From Carpediemonas membranifera BICM (Eukaryota > Protista > Fornicata): a DNA stretch of 64,000 nucleotides. Positions 39,735-50,755 of this stretch are shown one piece after another (the stretch's first letter is position 1; every line of letters begins with the position of its first letter). The translations under genes and the position numbers were made by a program. The stretch spans positions 434,001 to 498,000 of the forward strand of contig JAHDYR010000012.1 in the NCBI GenBank assembly GCA_019828565.1, read 5' to 3'. Below the pieces are notes generated by a model. That model had not been told where the DNA came from, did no database searches, and saw only the letters and a list, made by a program, of their open reading frames with translations.

Positions 39735-39995
39735 TCAGAGCTTGGACATGCGCCATGTCGAGAACCCGGTCCAGATGCTCCAGACGAAGACCACGCTCAC
39801 GATAGGGCACCAACAGAGCAGAATAAACGTGAGCAGCTGGATTATCCCGATGATAAAGACGTTCCGGTCATCAACCATTCTCCCAGCCACGATGTTGCCG
39901 ACACCGGGGAGGAAGGAGAGCAGGAATATCAACAGGCCCTTCGATTCAGGTACTGGGGCAACGCGAATGTGTGCTATATCTTCAAGGATGGTCAT
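39735..39995 (-). CDS. Small Spec3/Stum-like membrane protein
   Basis: FLPGVGNIVAG...GIIQLLT...VWSIWTG pattern. Confidence 0.65.
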   Translation of the reverse strand: MTILEDIAHIRVAPVPESKGLLIFLLSFLPGVGNIVAGRMVDDRNVFIIGIIQLLTFILLCWCPIVSVVFVWSIWTGFSTWRMSKL

Positions 39996-40465
39996 GTCGC
40001 TGTTTTTCGGTTTCTGTTTCAACCGGGATTTGGATAAAGCCTGACTTCACATGGCAAGGTACGAGGGTGCGCTGGGAGTGGTTCCTTGTTGTCCCGGTTC
40101 TGTGTCTCCGCTCTTTGGATGATTCGACTTGGGGTGAGGCTAAGAGGACCCAGCATCCAACCCGAAACGGCACCTGCTTCTGGCGAGAAGGTCAATCCCT
40201 GTGCCAAAAAGCGGATGATACGACATCGCTATGCTCCGTTCAGCCAGTTGCTGGGCATGGGCCACCCACCTTGCCAATTAAAGACAAAAGCCAGATTTGG
40301 TAACTGTGTGTGAGAATTCAGCTAGCTGAGTCTTCAGGGTCTCATTCCCCTCTTGAGTGACTTTACTCGGTTCCATTTCTCCCTGTCCAGCATTTGGACT
40401 TTAAGCCACTTTTGCCGAGAATGAGGTTTTTTGATGAAGGCTTGAGGCTTTAGTGTAAGAGTGAA

Positions 40466-40779
40466 ATGACCAAGGGAACTCAGGCGAAGGGCAAGCGCCA
40501 CACCAAGGTATGATCCAATTCTACATCTTTTCGCTCACGCAGATCCACACCATGTGCGCTCGTTGCGGCAAGCACAGCTTCCACTGCCAGAAGAAGACCT
40601 GCTCCTCTTGCGGCTTCCCCGCTGCCACTCTCCGCAAGTGTATGTGACTGTTTATCCATTGTAACACAGACAACTGGGCTGTCAAGTCTCTCCGCCGCCG
40701 TACTACCGGTACCGGCCGTTGTGCTCACCTCAAGGAGGTTCAGCGCCGCTTCAACGCTGGAACCCTCCTCAAGCACTAA
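40466..40779 (+). CDS. RPL37: 60S ribosomal protein L37 (eL37), 82 aa; introns 40508-40542 and 40640-40669
   Basis: Spliced [23 protein letters not shown]...CSSCGFP...Y-NW...RRRTTGTGR. Not in the ORF track. Confidence 0.96.
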
Positions 40780-41014
40780 ATAAACGGTGTTTTCTAGACA
40801 CCTACCCGGGTAAAGACTTGTTGACGAATGGTTGACCTGTCAGGCCATGAAAGATGAACAATTTCAAGGACGATCCATTCTCGCCGAGAAAGTGAATGCC
40901 TGCAACAGCATGCTGTGCGGTTGCTATACAGACGTTTTACTACCATATCGCTGCGAGAGGCGCCCTGCCAATAGCTTGACTCCACCCCTGAGTCGCATCA
41001 ACGAAACCACGCCT

Positions 41015-43866
41015 ATGGAAGAACAGAGACCTGCTGAAGACATCTTCGGCGTTGATTTCGACATTGAGGACGATATAGACTTGGATGCGATGGATTTTGA
41101 GATGGAAGGCGAGCTCCTCCCCGAGGAGCACTGTAGCTATTGCCAGGCTCACCATCCACACTGTTTGGTGCGCTGCAATGTCTGCAAGAAGTGGTTCTGT
41201 AACGGACGCAGTGGATGCTCCGCATCTCACGCCGTCATGCACATGATCCGCTCGAAACACAAGGAGATCTCCCTTCACTCGAAGAACGCCCTCGGCGCCA
41301 CCCCCATCGAGTGCTACAGTACGCACCAACGCCCTACACTCACACAGACTGCGGCTGCAAGAACATTTTCATGCTGGGCTACGTTCCCGCCAAGAAGGAC
41401 AACGTCGTTGTCCTGCTGTGCCGCGAGCCCTGCCTCTCCAAGTGCACCCACAAGAACGTCGACTGGGACGTCAGCAAGTGGGAGCCACTCATCCAGGACC
41501 GCCAGCTGGTCGACTGGCTGGTCAAGCCCCCGACGACGGAAATGCAGATCCGCTGCCGCGCCGTGACCCAGAGCTCCATCATCCGGCTCGAGGAGCTGTG
41601 GCGCACCAACCCCGCGGCCCACGTCGAGGAGCTGGACCACCCTGTGAACCGTAACGTCGACCCCGACCCCGTCCTGCTCAGATACGGCTCTCCAGGCCAG
41701 TACGCCGCCACGTTTGCCCCACTCATTGCGCTGGAGGCGGAGCACGATCAGCGCATGAAGGAGGCGCAGTCCCAAGACCACGTCGTCGTCCGCTGGGTGC
41801 CCGGCCACAACAAGCGGTTCGTAGCATACTTCACGTACGCCAAGTCCGAGGCGGAGCTGCACCTTGTCCCCGGCGACGAGCTCCGTCTGCGCCACTCCCA
41901 GGGCAACCTTGGTCCATGGATGGCTGAGGGCCACATCATCGCCATCCACCCCAACGAGGAGATCGCCCTGGAGCTCAAGGGATCCAAGGACCCCCCACCG
42001 ACCCACCTCGAGCGGGGGTTCAGCATCGACTTCGTGTGGAAACCAATCTCATTCAACCGCATGCAGCTCGCTATCAGACGGCTCGGGGAGGACTCGAGCG
42101 CCTGTGCCAAGACCATCCTGCACGCCCTCATGGGCGACCCCAGCAGGATCAGCGTCCCCATCCGGACCAATGTGCAGCTTAAGGGCCACGGTGCTCCTAA
42201 CCTGCCCACGCTGAACGCCAGCCAGATGGAGGCCGTCCGCAGCGTCCTGACTGAGCCCCTCGCCCTCGTGCAGGGCCCCCCCGGCACTGGCAAGACCGTC
42301 ACTGCGGCCACGATCGTGTACTACCTGAACCAGCTGGAGCCCGACGAACAGATACTCGTCTGCGCCCCGTCCAACGTCGCCGTCGACCAGCTGTGCGAGA
42401 AGATCAACGCCACCGGCGTCAAGGTCATCCGCTTCTGCGCCAAGAGCCGCGAGTTCGTGCAGACGGCCGTCGAGCCTCTTACCCTCCATTACCACGTCCA
42501 GCACGTCCATGACCCCAGTCGTGAGGAGCTCCAGCGGCTCCAGGCCCGCAAAGACGAGGGCGGATCCCTGCCCGACGACCAGGAGGGCAAGCTCAGGAAG
42601 CTGCGGCTCGGGCTCGAGCGGGACATCCTCAAGACGGCCAACGTCGTGGCTGCCACGTGCGTCTCGTCGGGCGACACGCGGCTGTCAAAGTGCCGCTTCA
42701 AGTACGTCCTCATTGACGAGAGCACGCAGGCCTGCGAGCCCGAGGTGCTCGTCCCCATCGTCCAGGGCGCCGAGCAGCTCATCCTCGTCGGGGACCACTC
42801 ACAGCTCGGGCCCGTCATCATGTGCAAGGCCGCGGCCAGGGCGGGGCTGTCCCAGTCGCTGTACGAGCGGCTCGTGCTGCTGGGCATCAAGCCGCACCGT
42901 CTGCAAGTTCAGTACCGCATGCACCCGGCGCTGTCCGAGTTCCCGTCCAACACCTTCTACCAGGGTGACCTCCAGAACGGCGTCTCTGTCACTGAGCGGC
43001 GGCTGGCGGCCTCCTTCCCGTGGCCCGACGCCGACAAGCCCCTAACCTTCGTTCACACCGCCGGCCGCGAGGAGCTCTCCGCCTCGGGCACCTCGTACCT
43101 CAACCGCACCGAGGCAGTTGTCATTGAGCAGATCGTGACACGGTGCTTAAAGTGCGGCATTGGACCCGACCAGATCGGCGTCATCACGCCCTACACGGGC
43201 CAGCGCGCGTTCGTCGGCTTCCAGCTGCAGAAGGGTGAGCTTCACTCCTCCATCTACCAGGACATCGAGATCAGCTCCGTCGACGGCTTCCAGGGCCGCG
43301 AGAAGGACGTCATCATCTTGTCATGCGTCCGATCCAACGAGCACCAGGGCATCGGCTTCCTGGCCGACCCGCGCCGGCTGAACGTCGCCCTGACCCGCGC
43401 CAAGTACGGCCTCATCATCGTCGGGAACGCCCTTGTGCTCTCGCAGCAGCCCCTGTGGCATGCTCTGCTCCGGCACATGAGAGAGCGGCAGCTGCTCGTG
43501 GAGGGGCCCCTTGATGGCCTGCAGCCCGTCCGCTTCCACCTTATGGCGCCGAAGACGAAGGGGCAGTACCTCCCTGGGTTCGGCCTGGACGCGGGCGTGC
43601 GGGCGTCGGCGGACCTGTATGGCGGGACGGTCGACCTTAAGCAGTACAGCGGGTACTCCCCCGCCATGATCAGCGGCATCACGGGCATACCCCTGGCAGA
43701 TCAAGGCCCCTACCAGAAGAGACCTGAGGCCAAGGGCGGCCCGGCCGACCCCATGGAACAGCTCGGCCTGGACTTCGCCTCGCAGTTATCTGTACTGTCC
43801 CAGACGGGTGGGATGATAGACCCACTGACGCAGCCGGACTACCTCAACCCCCCCGGCCCCGTATAG
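41015..43866 (+). CDS. UPF1: UPF1 nonsense-mediated decay helicase, 940 aa; intron 41319-41347
   Basis: CH domain (CSYC...KWFCNG...SH; spliced ECYNCGCKN), QGPPGTGKT, DESTQ, QYRMHP, FQGREKD, RRLNVALTRA. Confidence 0.96.
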
Positions 43867-43927
43867 GCCGGAATCTGCGACTATTAAACGCCCGTGATCA
43901 TTTACTGCACATGTATACCGTGGATAT

Positions 43928-45187
43928 TTATTCCTTGGCCTTGGCCTTGGCCTGCTCGATCTGCTTGCGTCTGAAGTCGCCGCTCTCGACCTCCTCGACC
44001 GAGGGGCACGAGGCCATGGGGTCGACGCACTCGTCGTCAGGGATGTCCTTGCTGAACGAGAGAATCAGATCCTCTCTAGAAAGCGACGCGTATCTTGGAT
44101 TGGTCCAATTCGCTGAATATTCAGTAAATCTGTCGAAATCGATCCACGTCTTCCACCGGCCCCCAACAAACAACCGACGGTGCACCAGCAACACAGCCCT
44201 GCTGCGGTGCTCGGCAGTCAGTACGGCGTATTCGTCGTCAAGGGCGGCAGCCAGCTCACCGGCCATGTCGACGCATGCCCGCTGGAAGGGCGCATTGTCG
44301 AACGTGAGGCCGCTGTTCCTGCTGTCGCCGGTGTAGCTGTACCCCTTGACTTCGATGAAATCAGGCATGGCCATCCGCACCAGGGGGGCATACCGTGCGG
44401 CGTCCATGTTGACGCCCTGCACTGCAGTCAGCCGGACGGCGGTGCGGCATCGGGCGGTGCGGAGGAATGCGAGGGAGGCCTGGAGCCGCGCCCATGCGTC
44501 GGGGAAGAGGGGCCGGTCGATGGCCTTGAGCTCGGCCTCGGTGGGAGCGTCAACGCTGACGTACAGCTGCGTGACAGGCGGCAGGGTGACGAGGATGTCC
44601 GGGAACTGGCCGTTCGTCACCAGGAAGGTGCTGAGGCCCCTGGCGTGCATGAGCCCGAGCAGCTCCCGGATGTGGGGGTACAGCATGCTCTCCCCGACCA
44701 GACTCAGCGCGACGTGCTTGGGGGACCGGGCCCTCTCCACGGCCTCGCGGTCCACACCAGGCACGCCCCTCATGCCCTTGACCAGACGGTCCTGCTGAGC
44801 CAGTAGGCCCTCGAGCACCGTCTCGGGTAAGTCTGCCTTCCACTTCCACGTGGCCGACGTCGGCGCGACCAATGAGCGCCAGCAGAACGTGCACCGGTTG
44901 GCGCAGGCCTGCGAGGTGGTGGATTGCAGGCAGCGGTTCGAGTCTATGCCGTAGAAGCGGGACTTGTAGCAGGCGCCCTCGGATTTCAGCCCTTTTCTGA
45001 GCCACTCGCACAGCTTGACGGCGCTGTGCGTACCAGCCATGCCGTAGCTCTGCTTCGTCAGCTTCTGGCGGAGTTCCGGCGTCAGCATCTCCGGGAGGTC
45101 CTCGTAAGCATCATGACCGGTCACATTCTGTTGAATGTCAGACTTCTGCGCCTCAGTGAGGTTCTCGCGGTCTTCATGGCCCGTCAT
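43928..45187 (-). CDS. TYW1: TYW1 radical-SAM wybutosine biosynthesis enzyme, no flavodoxin domain
   Basis: HSAVKLCEW, CYKSRFYGI, CANRCTFCWR, HVALSLVGE, FLVTNGQFP, PDFIEVKG. Confidence 0.93.
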   Translation of the reverse strand: MTGHEDRENLTEAQKSDIQQNVTGHDAYEDLPEMLTPELRQKLTKQSYGMAGTHSAVKLCEWLRKGLKSEGACYKSRFYGIDSNRCLQSTTSQACANRCTFCWRSLVAPTSATWKWKADLPETVLEGLLAQQDRLVKGMRGVPGVDREAVERARSPKHVALSLVGESMLYPHIRELLGLMHARGLSTFLVTNGQFPDILVTLPPVTQLYVSVDAPTEAELKAIDRPLFPDAWARLQASLAFLRTARCRTAVRLTAVQGVNMDAARYAPLVRMAMPDFIEVKGYSYTGDSRNSGLTFDNAPFQRACVDMAGELAAALDDEYAVLTAEHRSRAVLLVHRRLFVGGRWKTWIDFDRFTEYSANWTNPRYASLSREDLILSFSKDIPDDECVDPMASCPSVEEVESGDFRRKQIEQAKAKAKE

Positions 45188-45510
45188 TTGAACAGCCCGG
45201 CAAAAACCTGGTCAAAACTGGCAAAACCCGATGGAGGAGATGAGGCGGCCCTGAGCTGGCCCCGGAAATGGCTGTAGTCCTGTGCCGACTGAAGACGATG
45301 AAACCCATCTTGTCCACAACATCTATGGATCCTCGACCCCGCCGCATGGACGAAGGATGATGAGGCTGCTGACCCGGCTCTGGTCCCCTGTGAGTGTCTC
45401 TCACATGGCAATTGTCCATCGTATCTTGAAATTGGGTGATCTTTTACTGATGCTTTGACGAAGTCAGCGAGTCTCTCCAGAAGACGCTTGAATAGAGAGA
45501 AGCACTGGTG

Positions 45511-47235
45511 ATGCCCACCTTATTGTATTACGGCACGCAGTGTTGGAGGCTTGTTGACAGCATTGTCGGCATGCAGGAGCATTTCCTCTTCTATTCGCTG
45601 CTGCTGAGTGTCCCCACCGCCGCCTACCTCCTCCTCACAAGATACTCCCGCAGAAACATGTTCGAGAGCGATACATTGACGTGGCAAGAGCAGGCTTGGT
45701 TTGCTGTGGACAATATCGTCGTCTACGTCCCCCTCTACACCTTCCCCTGCATCGCCGCACTGCTGGCGTATGGGTCGAAGTTGAAGAACGCCTTCGTAGT
45801 CCTTGCCGCGTACACTGGGGTCACGCTAGTCGGCTCCCTCGTCTGCTCCCTCGTCGTTACCCGCTTCCTCCCGGTCAACGTCAGCCACCTTCCCCTGCTC
45901 CCACTTATGGCGTTCATCGCCGTCTACCTCTGCTACATAGGCCACAAGACGGGATTCATCCGACCGATCCAGGTCATTGGGTGGTTTCTTCCTTTCGTGG
46001 CGGACCTGGCATTCGTCGACCTCGTCATCCTACGGCTGTACTTCTCTGAGAGCCTCCACGACGGAAGTATATCATCCTTTCTCATCAAGGCGGCCATCCG
46101 AATGATCGCTGTGCCCCTCATGACCGGGCTCTTCGCCTTCATCGCCCACGTTGTCGCCATCTCCCTCCGTGGCATTCCCAACAACCAGCGTCTGGCCCCG
46201 ACGTGCGGGCCGAGTGCTTTCAAGTCAGTGATGAAGTACCTCATGCTCGCACACGCCTCTTCAGCCCGCGAGATTGCCGTGATGATGGTCTGGAACGCTT
46301 TGTCTGACGCCGTCTTCCGGCTGACCTCGATGTTCCGGGACATGATGGCCGTCTGGGCGATCAAGAAGGGGGCGGCCCTGTTCAAGCCGCCCCCAGCACC
46401 AGCCACCGCCAGCCCGGCCGTCCCCTCTGCTGTCCTGGCAGTGCCGTCGATGCTGGGCGATCGCCTCCAATCCCCAGTTTCCAGTGCGGGCGACGCCACA
46501 CCCGCCATAGCAACGGGGCGGGACGTTATAGAGGGCGCGGGTGAGCTCGCCAGTGCGCAGTGCACCGACACCGAGAGCGTCGCCAGCGATGGGGGCGTGG
46601 AATCACTCCCGACCGACGAGGAGGCCGCCCCTGCGTCGGACCGCGGGGATGACGGGCACGAGACCGGGTCGACCGGCGCCTGTAGGTCCATGAGCACGCT
46701 GCTGACCCGCCCAGACCATCCGGACCTCGAGGCTGGGGTGTCTCCGGGGCTGCTGTACCCGACGGTGGACGACACAACGCCAGTCCACCACCACTCTCAC
46801 ATGTCGCTGAAGCGGCTCGTGTCGAACGGTTCCTTCGTGAAAGAGGCCGACAAGCATGGGCACGCCGAGAAGTTCTTCGGCGTGCCCCGCTGTTACACGT
46901 CGTTTATGATCAACGAGAGCTGTCTCGACTACGCCGCCCTGTTCGGTGTGACCCTCATGACCATGGCGTATCAGATCATATTCGACGGTCAGCCTGTGAG
47001 TCTCTCATCGCTGCAGCTCCCTTGCATTGAGCTGGTAGTCGGCTTAGTTGTTGACTTCTTCATATTCGGGGTCTGGTCGATGCCCCAGATTATCACGGGC
47101 CGGAAGCTATTGATACTGAAGGCCTGGCACCACCGATCGGTCAATATGATCCTCCATCTGTTCGCCGCGAACTGGGTGTGTGCGACATTTCTCACTTACC
47201 GCGTCTTCGAAATCCAACACAAGCTCAACGGATGA
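45511..47235 (+). CDS. Hypothetical multi-pass membrane protein; start uncertain
   Basis: About 574-aa ORF with roughly 9-10 hydrophobic segments and a disordered acidic loop. Confidence 0.75.
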   Translation: MPTLLYYGTQCWRLVDSIVGMQEHFLFYSLLLSVPTAAYLLLTRYSRRNMFESDTLTWQEQAWFAVDNIVVYVPLYTFPCIAALLAYGSKLKNAFVVLAAYTGVTLVGSLVCSLVVTRFLPVNVSHLPLLPLMAFIAVYLCYIGHKTGFIRPIQVIGWFLPFVADLAFVDLVILRLYFSESLHDGSISSFLIKAAIRMIAVPLMTGLFAFIAHVVAISLRGIPNNQRLAPTCGPSAFKSVMKYLMLAHASSAREIAVMMVWNALSDAVFRLTSMFRDMMAVWAIKKGAALFKPPPAPATASPAVPSAVLAVPSMLGDRLQSPVSSAGDATPAIATGRDVIEGAGELASAQCTDTESVASDGGVESLPTDEEAAPASDRGDDGHETGSTGACRSMSTLLTRPDHPDLEAGVSPGLLYPTVDDTTPVHHHSHMSLKRLVSNGSFVKEADKHGHAEKFFGVPRCYTSFMINESCLDYAALFGVTLMTMAYQIIFDGQPVSLSSLQLPCIELVVGLVVDFFIFGVWSMPQIITGRKLLILKAWHHRSVNMILHLFAANWVCATFLTYRVFEIQHKLNG

Positions 47236-48119
47236 TTTTAAAATCAAACTTAGTTTATCGCAGACCTTGGTCGACCTTATGTGCAAACAGAACGCTCCAT
47301 GATGTTTGAATGGGCCGTCATGATGTTCCATGAACTATCTAATATTGATAAGTATGCGGATAGACTGATGCCAGTCCGACCCCACATCTCCGACGAGGCA
47401 TGATTAGTCGCTGACTACCAGGCATCGTTGTTGCGTAATGACTGGACAAAGCTTTATCAAACGGGACCAATACCAGCATCCAGATGGAGGCTGGCCCATC
47501 ACGCAGCATGACCACTTCAAGCGCCAACAGTGAAGGCGAGCTAGTCGGTGTCGAAACCGGCCTATTCAAGCAAATCGATCAATCGATTCAGTCACTGCTC
47601 TTGTATTAGCAGTCATATCGGTGTCCTTAGGCCCTTCCTGCGCCACTCTCGTGGTTGAGGCATTGGTAGACTCCGCATTTTAAGGCTCAGTTTTGTGAAA
47701 ACCAGAATGGCGCGCCTCCGTCGCAGATACGTGGGATTGGGCTGTGAAACATGTTTGAATCGTTGAGTTATAATAATAATCGCTCAGTCATAATTACCAA
47801 AGGGTCCCTAGCTCACGTCAGACGAGCTGACGAGTCGGCAGACTCTGTCTTAACCATCCGGGGGGGTGAACATTTTACTGTGATCTTCTGTAGCACTATG
47901 TAAACAGGAAATTGTTCCGCCGGGCCCTTACTGGGACCCAGACTCACTCCCCTCGAAAGGGGAGGATTGGCAGCCAGGCTGCATTGCGACTTATTTCGCT
48001 TCTCCTTCGTTCTCTGGGTTCCTGATTTGATCTGGTCCTGATTTGGCCTCAATCTGATGCGAATCAGAATGCCTCGACCGCTCAGCCGAAGATTGACCAC
48101 TACGCTGGCCTTGCCAGCG

Positions 48120-48192
48120 GCTCCTTTAGCTCAGTTGGTAGAGCGTGTGATTAGTAATCACAAGGTCCTCGGTTCGAATCCGGGAGGGAGCA
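48120..48192 (+). tRNA. tRNA-Thr (anticodon AGT)
   Basis: Acceptor stem GCTCCTT/AGGGAGC, D arm TAGCTCAGTTGGTAGAGC, anticodon arm TGTGA-TTAGTAA-TCACA, T loop GGTTCGAATCC, discriminator A. Confidence 0.97.
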
Positions 48193-48195
48193 AAC

Positions 48196-48199
48196 TTTT
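48196..48199 (+). terminator. Pol III T4 terminator for tRNA-Thr
   Basis: TTTT 3 nt after the tRNA discriminator. Confidence 0.6.
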
Positions 48200-48223
48200 A
48201 TGTAATCAACGACAAACTGTCTA

Positions 48224-48271
48224 GCGAGCGGCGAGGCGCAGCCGAGCTTCGCGAGCCTGAGCGCAGCGAAG
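48224..48271. repeat. Invariant 48-nt 3'-terminal motif of the non-LTR elements (subfamily A copy)
   Basis: gcgagcggcgaggcgcagccgagcttcgcgagcctgagcgcagcgaag; identical at 57428-57475 and 60880-60927, and split at 50276-50306 / 54004-54022. Confidence 0.92.
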
Positions 48272-49939
48272 CAGTTTGAGGCTATGGGGTGCGTCGGGGT
48301 CCTCCGTCGCTCCATCCAGTGAGTCGCTGGCGAGTCAACAAAACCAACAAGAACACTCTGAAGCGCTCTGCACGAGCCGATTGCTACACCAATATCAGAA
48401 TTGAGTAACAATTAGTGGGAGAGGCCCAAATCCTCTGCTGCAGCATGTGCTGCGTCGCATTGCTTGATGAACGCTGCATATGTGTGCACTTGCCCTCTCA
48501 TGCATGCCAAGAAAGCGTTATCAGCCATCTCGCGGACCTGCTCAGCCTTAAGACCAAGTTCATCGCGCAAATCGTCCGTCCAGCCCCTTCCGTGCACTCT
48601 TCCAACGTCACCGTTGTGAAGCGTCACCGCGGGTATGAGCTTGACGTCCCAGTTGGAGTACTGGGCGCGCTTGCTCGTCATGGCCTGAGACACGTGGTTG
48701 CTGACGACGTTGTCAATGACGATTGCCTTCACGCCAGGTTTCGTGAGGAGGATGTCCGCCCGCGCCTTCATAGGCTTGGTCCGGTCAATGGTCCACTCAC
48801 TGGCCTTGTTCAACCACACCTCGGACTGGACTCTCCAGCCATAACCCTTCAGGTCTCTCACCAGCCCGTCCTTGATAGCGTTGTGACGCTCGTCGTCCAG
48901 GCCTCCACGGAGGCATGGGCAGCACAGGGTGTGAGTAGCGTTGCACACAACGGACTGGTGGTTCACGGTGCGTGCCCTGCAGAGAGGGCAGACGTCAAAT
49001 CCGGGCGTGAATGCGGGGAGGCCCAGGTGATTGCGGAAGATGGGGGCAACAGCGGCATCGGTTACCGAGCGCCCAAGAGAGGTCGGGTCGACCATCATGA
49101 ACGACCGAACGACGTTGGGCGAGACGGCGGCACTCACAGAGAGCTTGGTGGCAATAGATTCCTCAACGAGGCGAACCAAGTTCTTCTGCGTGTGGTCGGC
49201 GTCAAGAGCCTTCACATCGTCCAAGCCACTAGGCCAGTTCGACGGCGTGTTGAGCTGGGGCGGGAGACACTTGATGGCACCCGTCACGCTGTCAGGTGAG
49301 CGTGTAACACCCAGCCCTGCCAGTTGTCTCGTGGCCGCGAGGAACGCGGGAGCCCACACGACTGATGGCATTGCCAGCGCAAGCCCGCGTCTTTCGACCG
49401 GCATACTCAGGCGGAGAGCAAAGTCGTCATCGACCTCAGCCTCGCTCGACAGGATTCGGAGGATGGCCGGGACCGCCTCTTTCTTCTCAAATCCGAGCTC
49501 AGCCTCGTAGAGACCGTTGCCGACTCCACCCGTTGCGGGGGGGAACGTTACGGAAGAAGTGCTCCCACTTTGTGAGCGCACAATACTTCGCAATGATCAA
49601 CGCAGGGGCAGTTGCCTCCGGCCCCTCCTTGGCCACCATCTCTCCGGCAGCGTTAAGGAGTTGCATCACGCGACTGTTGACCTTGGCCAACTCACCCATC
49701 GCATGAGCAGCGGACCCAACCGGAACGCCCACGAGGTTTAGGCTGCGTCTTCTTGGGACGCCTCCCGAGGTGTTGCCGTCGGTAACGTCTCTGTGCGCCA
49801 CAACGCACTTCGACTTGTTGAGCCGCAGGCCGACTTCGAGGAACTTCTCCCTCGCGATCTCGACAAGGTTGTTAGCCTCTCGGCCGACACCGGGCGTCTG
49901 CAAAGGCCGATCAGTCGTGGCGACAAGATCGTCTTGGTA

Positions 49940-50233
49940 CCTTCAGGGCTTTCACGGTAAAGCGTACGATGTGTTTGTTCTGGACGTCGCGCATGAGCTC
50001 GACAACCGCAGTTTCAGAGCACAATGTGTTGAACACCGTGTCCGTATCACACCACAGTCTGTCAATTAGGCTTATGTCGACGAACTTCGCGTAGGTGCTA
50101 TGAACTTCGGTAAGAAGAGCACGAACATCCTCGGCGAAGACGCTTTCGCGCCATACGAGTCTCGTACGTCGTCGAGTCACCATCTGGCCTCCAGGATCAG
50201 CCTGGGGCACAGAAAATGACGACATTTCCATTT
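49940..50233 (-). mobile_element. 5' fragment of subfamily B non-LTR element, fused to the subfamily A 3' half
   Basis: Sequence matches 57092-57385 and the equivalent part of the next copy. Confidence 0.9.
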
Positions 50234-50245
50234 CGGGAGGGAGCA
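50234..50245 (+). repeat. 12-bp copy of the tRNA-Thr 3' end (putative target-site duplication)
   Basis: CGGGAGGGAGCA, identical to 48181-48192. Confidence 0.9.
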
Positions 50246-50755
50246 TCGTTTATTGCCTTTTGGACGAACTGTATTGCGAGCGGCGAGGCGCAGCCGAGCT
50301 TCGCGATCCACAAAGTGTGGCTCTATAACAGAGAGCCCTCCTCTTAAATCCAACCAAAATGGGGGGGGGCGAGTATTTACTTCGGGTGGCTTCCCCGAGC
50401 TCTTATGACAGACCCGGGTAAATCCTCGTCTCGCGGTCCGGTCAGGTCCTAACGGCTCCGACACCTGCCGATGCGTTTCGAAGTGTGACCTAAAGTGCAC
50501 ATTGATCGGCGCGCGCAGGTGCCAGTGATGGTCCTGTGACAGGATCCACAAAGTGTGGCTCTATAACAGAGAGCCCTCCTCTTAAATCCAACCAAAATGG
50601 GACAATCCCGCAAGACGTCCCTGTGGGACTAAAGCTTTGGGCCGGCGAGTCTATCTCGCCTCGACCAGAGTTAAGAATTAATGATGAATCCAGGCCGGCG
50701 AGTCCGTCTCGCCTCGGCCGTTCCCCTCGAACGCGGATGTTTAATGGAGGGGTGG

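Larger units (their letters stand above)
48193..49939 (-). mobile_element. RLE-type non-LTR retrotransposon, diverged subfamily A, 3' half only
   Basis: Begins at the RT motif YQDD (49939). Contains CPLC..H..C knuckle, RHN, RADI, VIDNVVS and KRAQY; stop at 48412; frameshift in the G run 49537-49543. Homologous to, but clearly diverged from, the downstream copies. Confidence 0.9.

Noticed and set aside
38281-45187. DDX6, RPL37, UPF1 and TYW1 as a functional RNA-metabolism cluster
   Set aside because: Orientations are mixed and an unrelated gene lies between them. Chance adjacency in a compact genome is sufficient.
801-47200. Numerous antisense and alternate-frame ORFs in the track (e.g. 801-1664, 6051-7004, 13845-14690, 20303-21253, 31591-32604)
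   Set aside because: These are shadow ORFs caused by high GC3 in the real genes and show no motifs.
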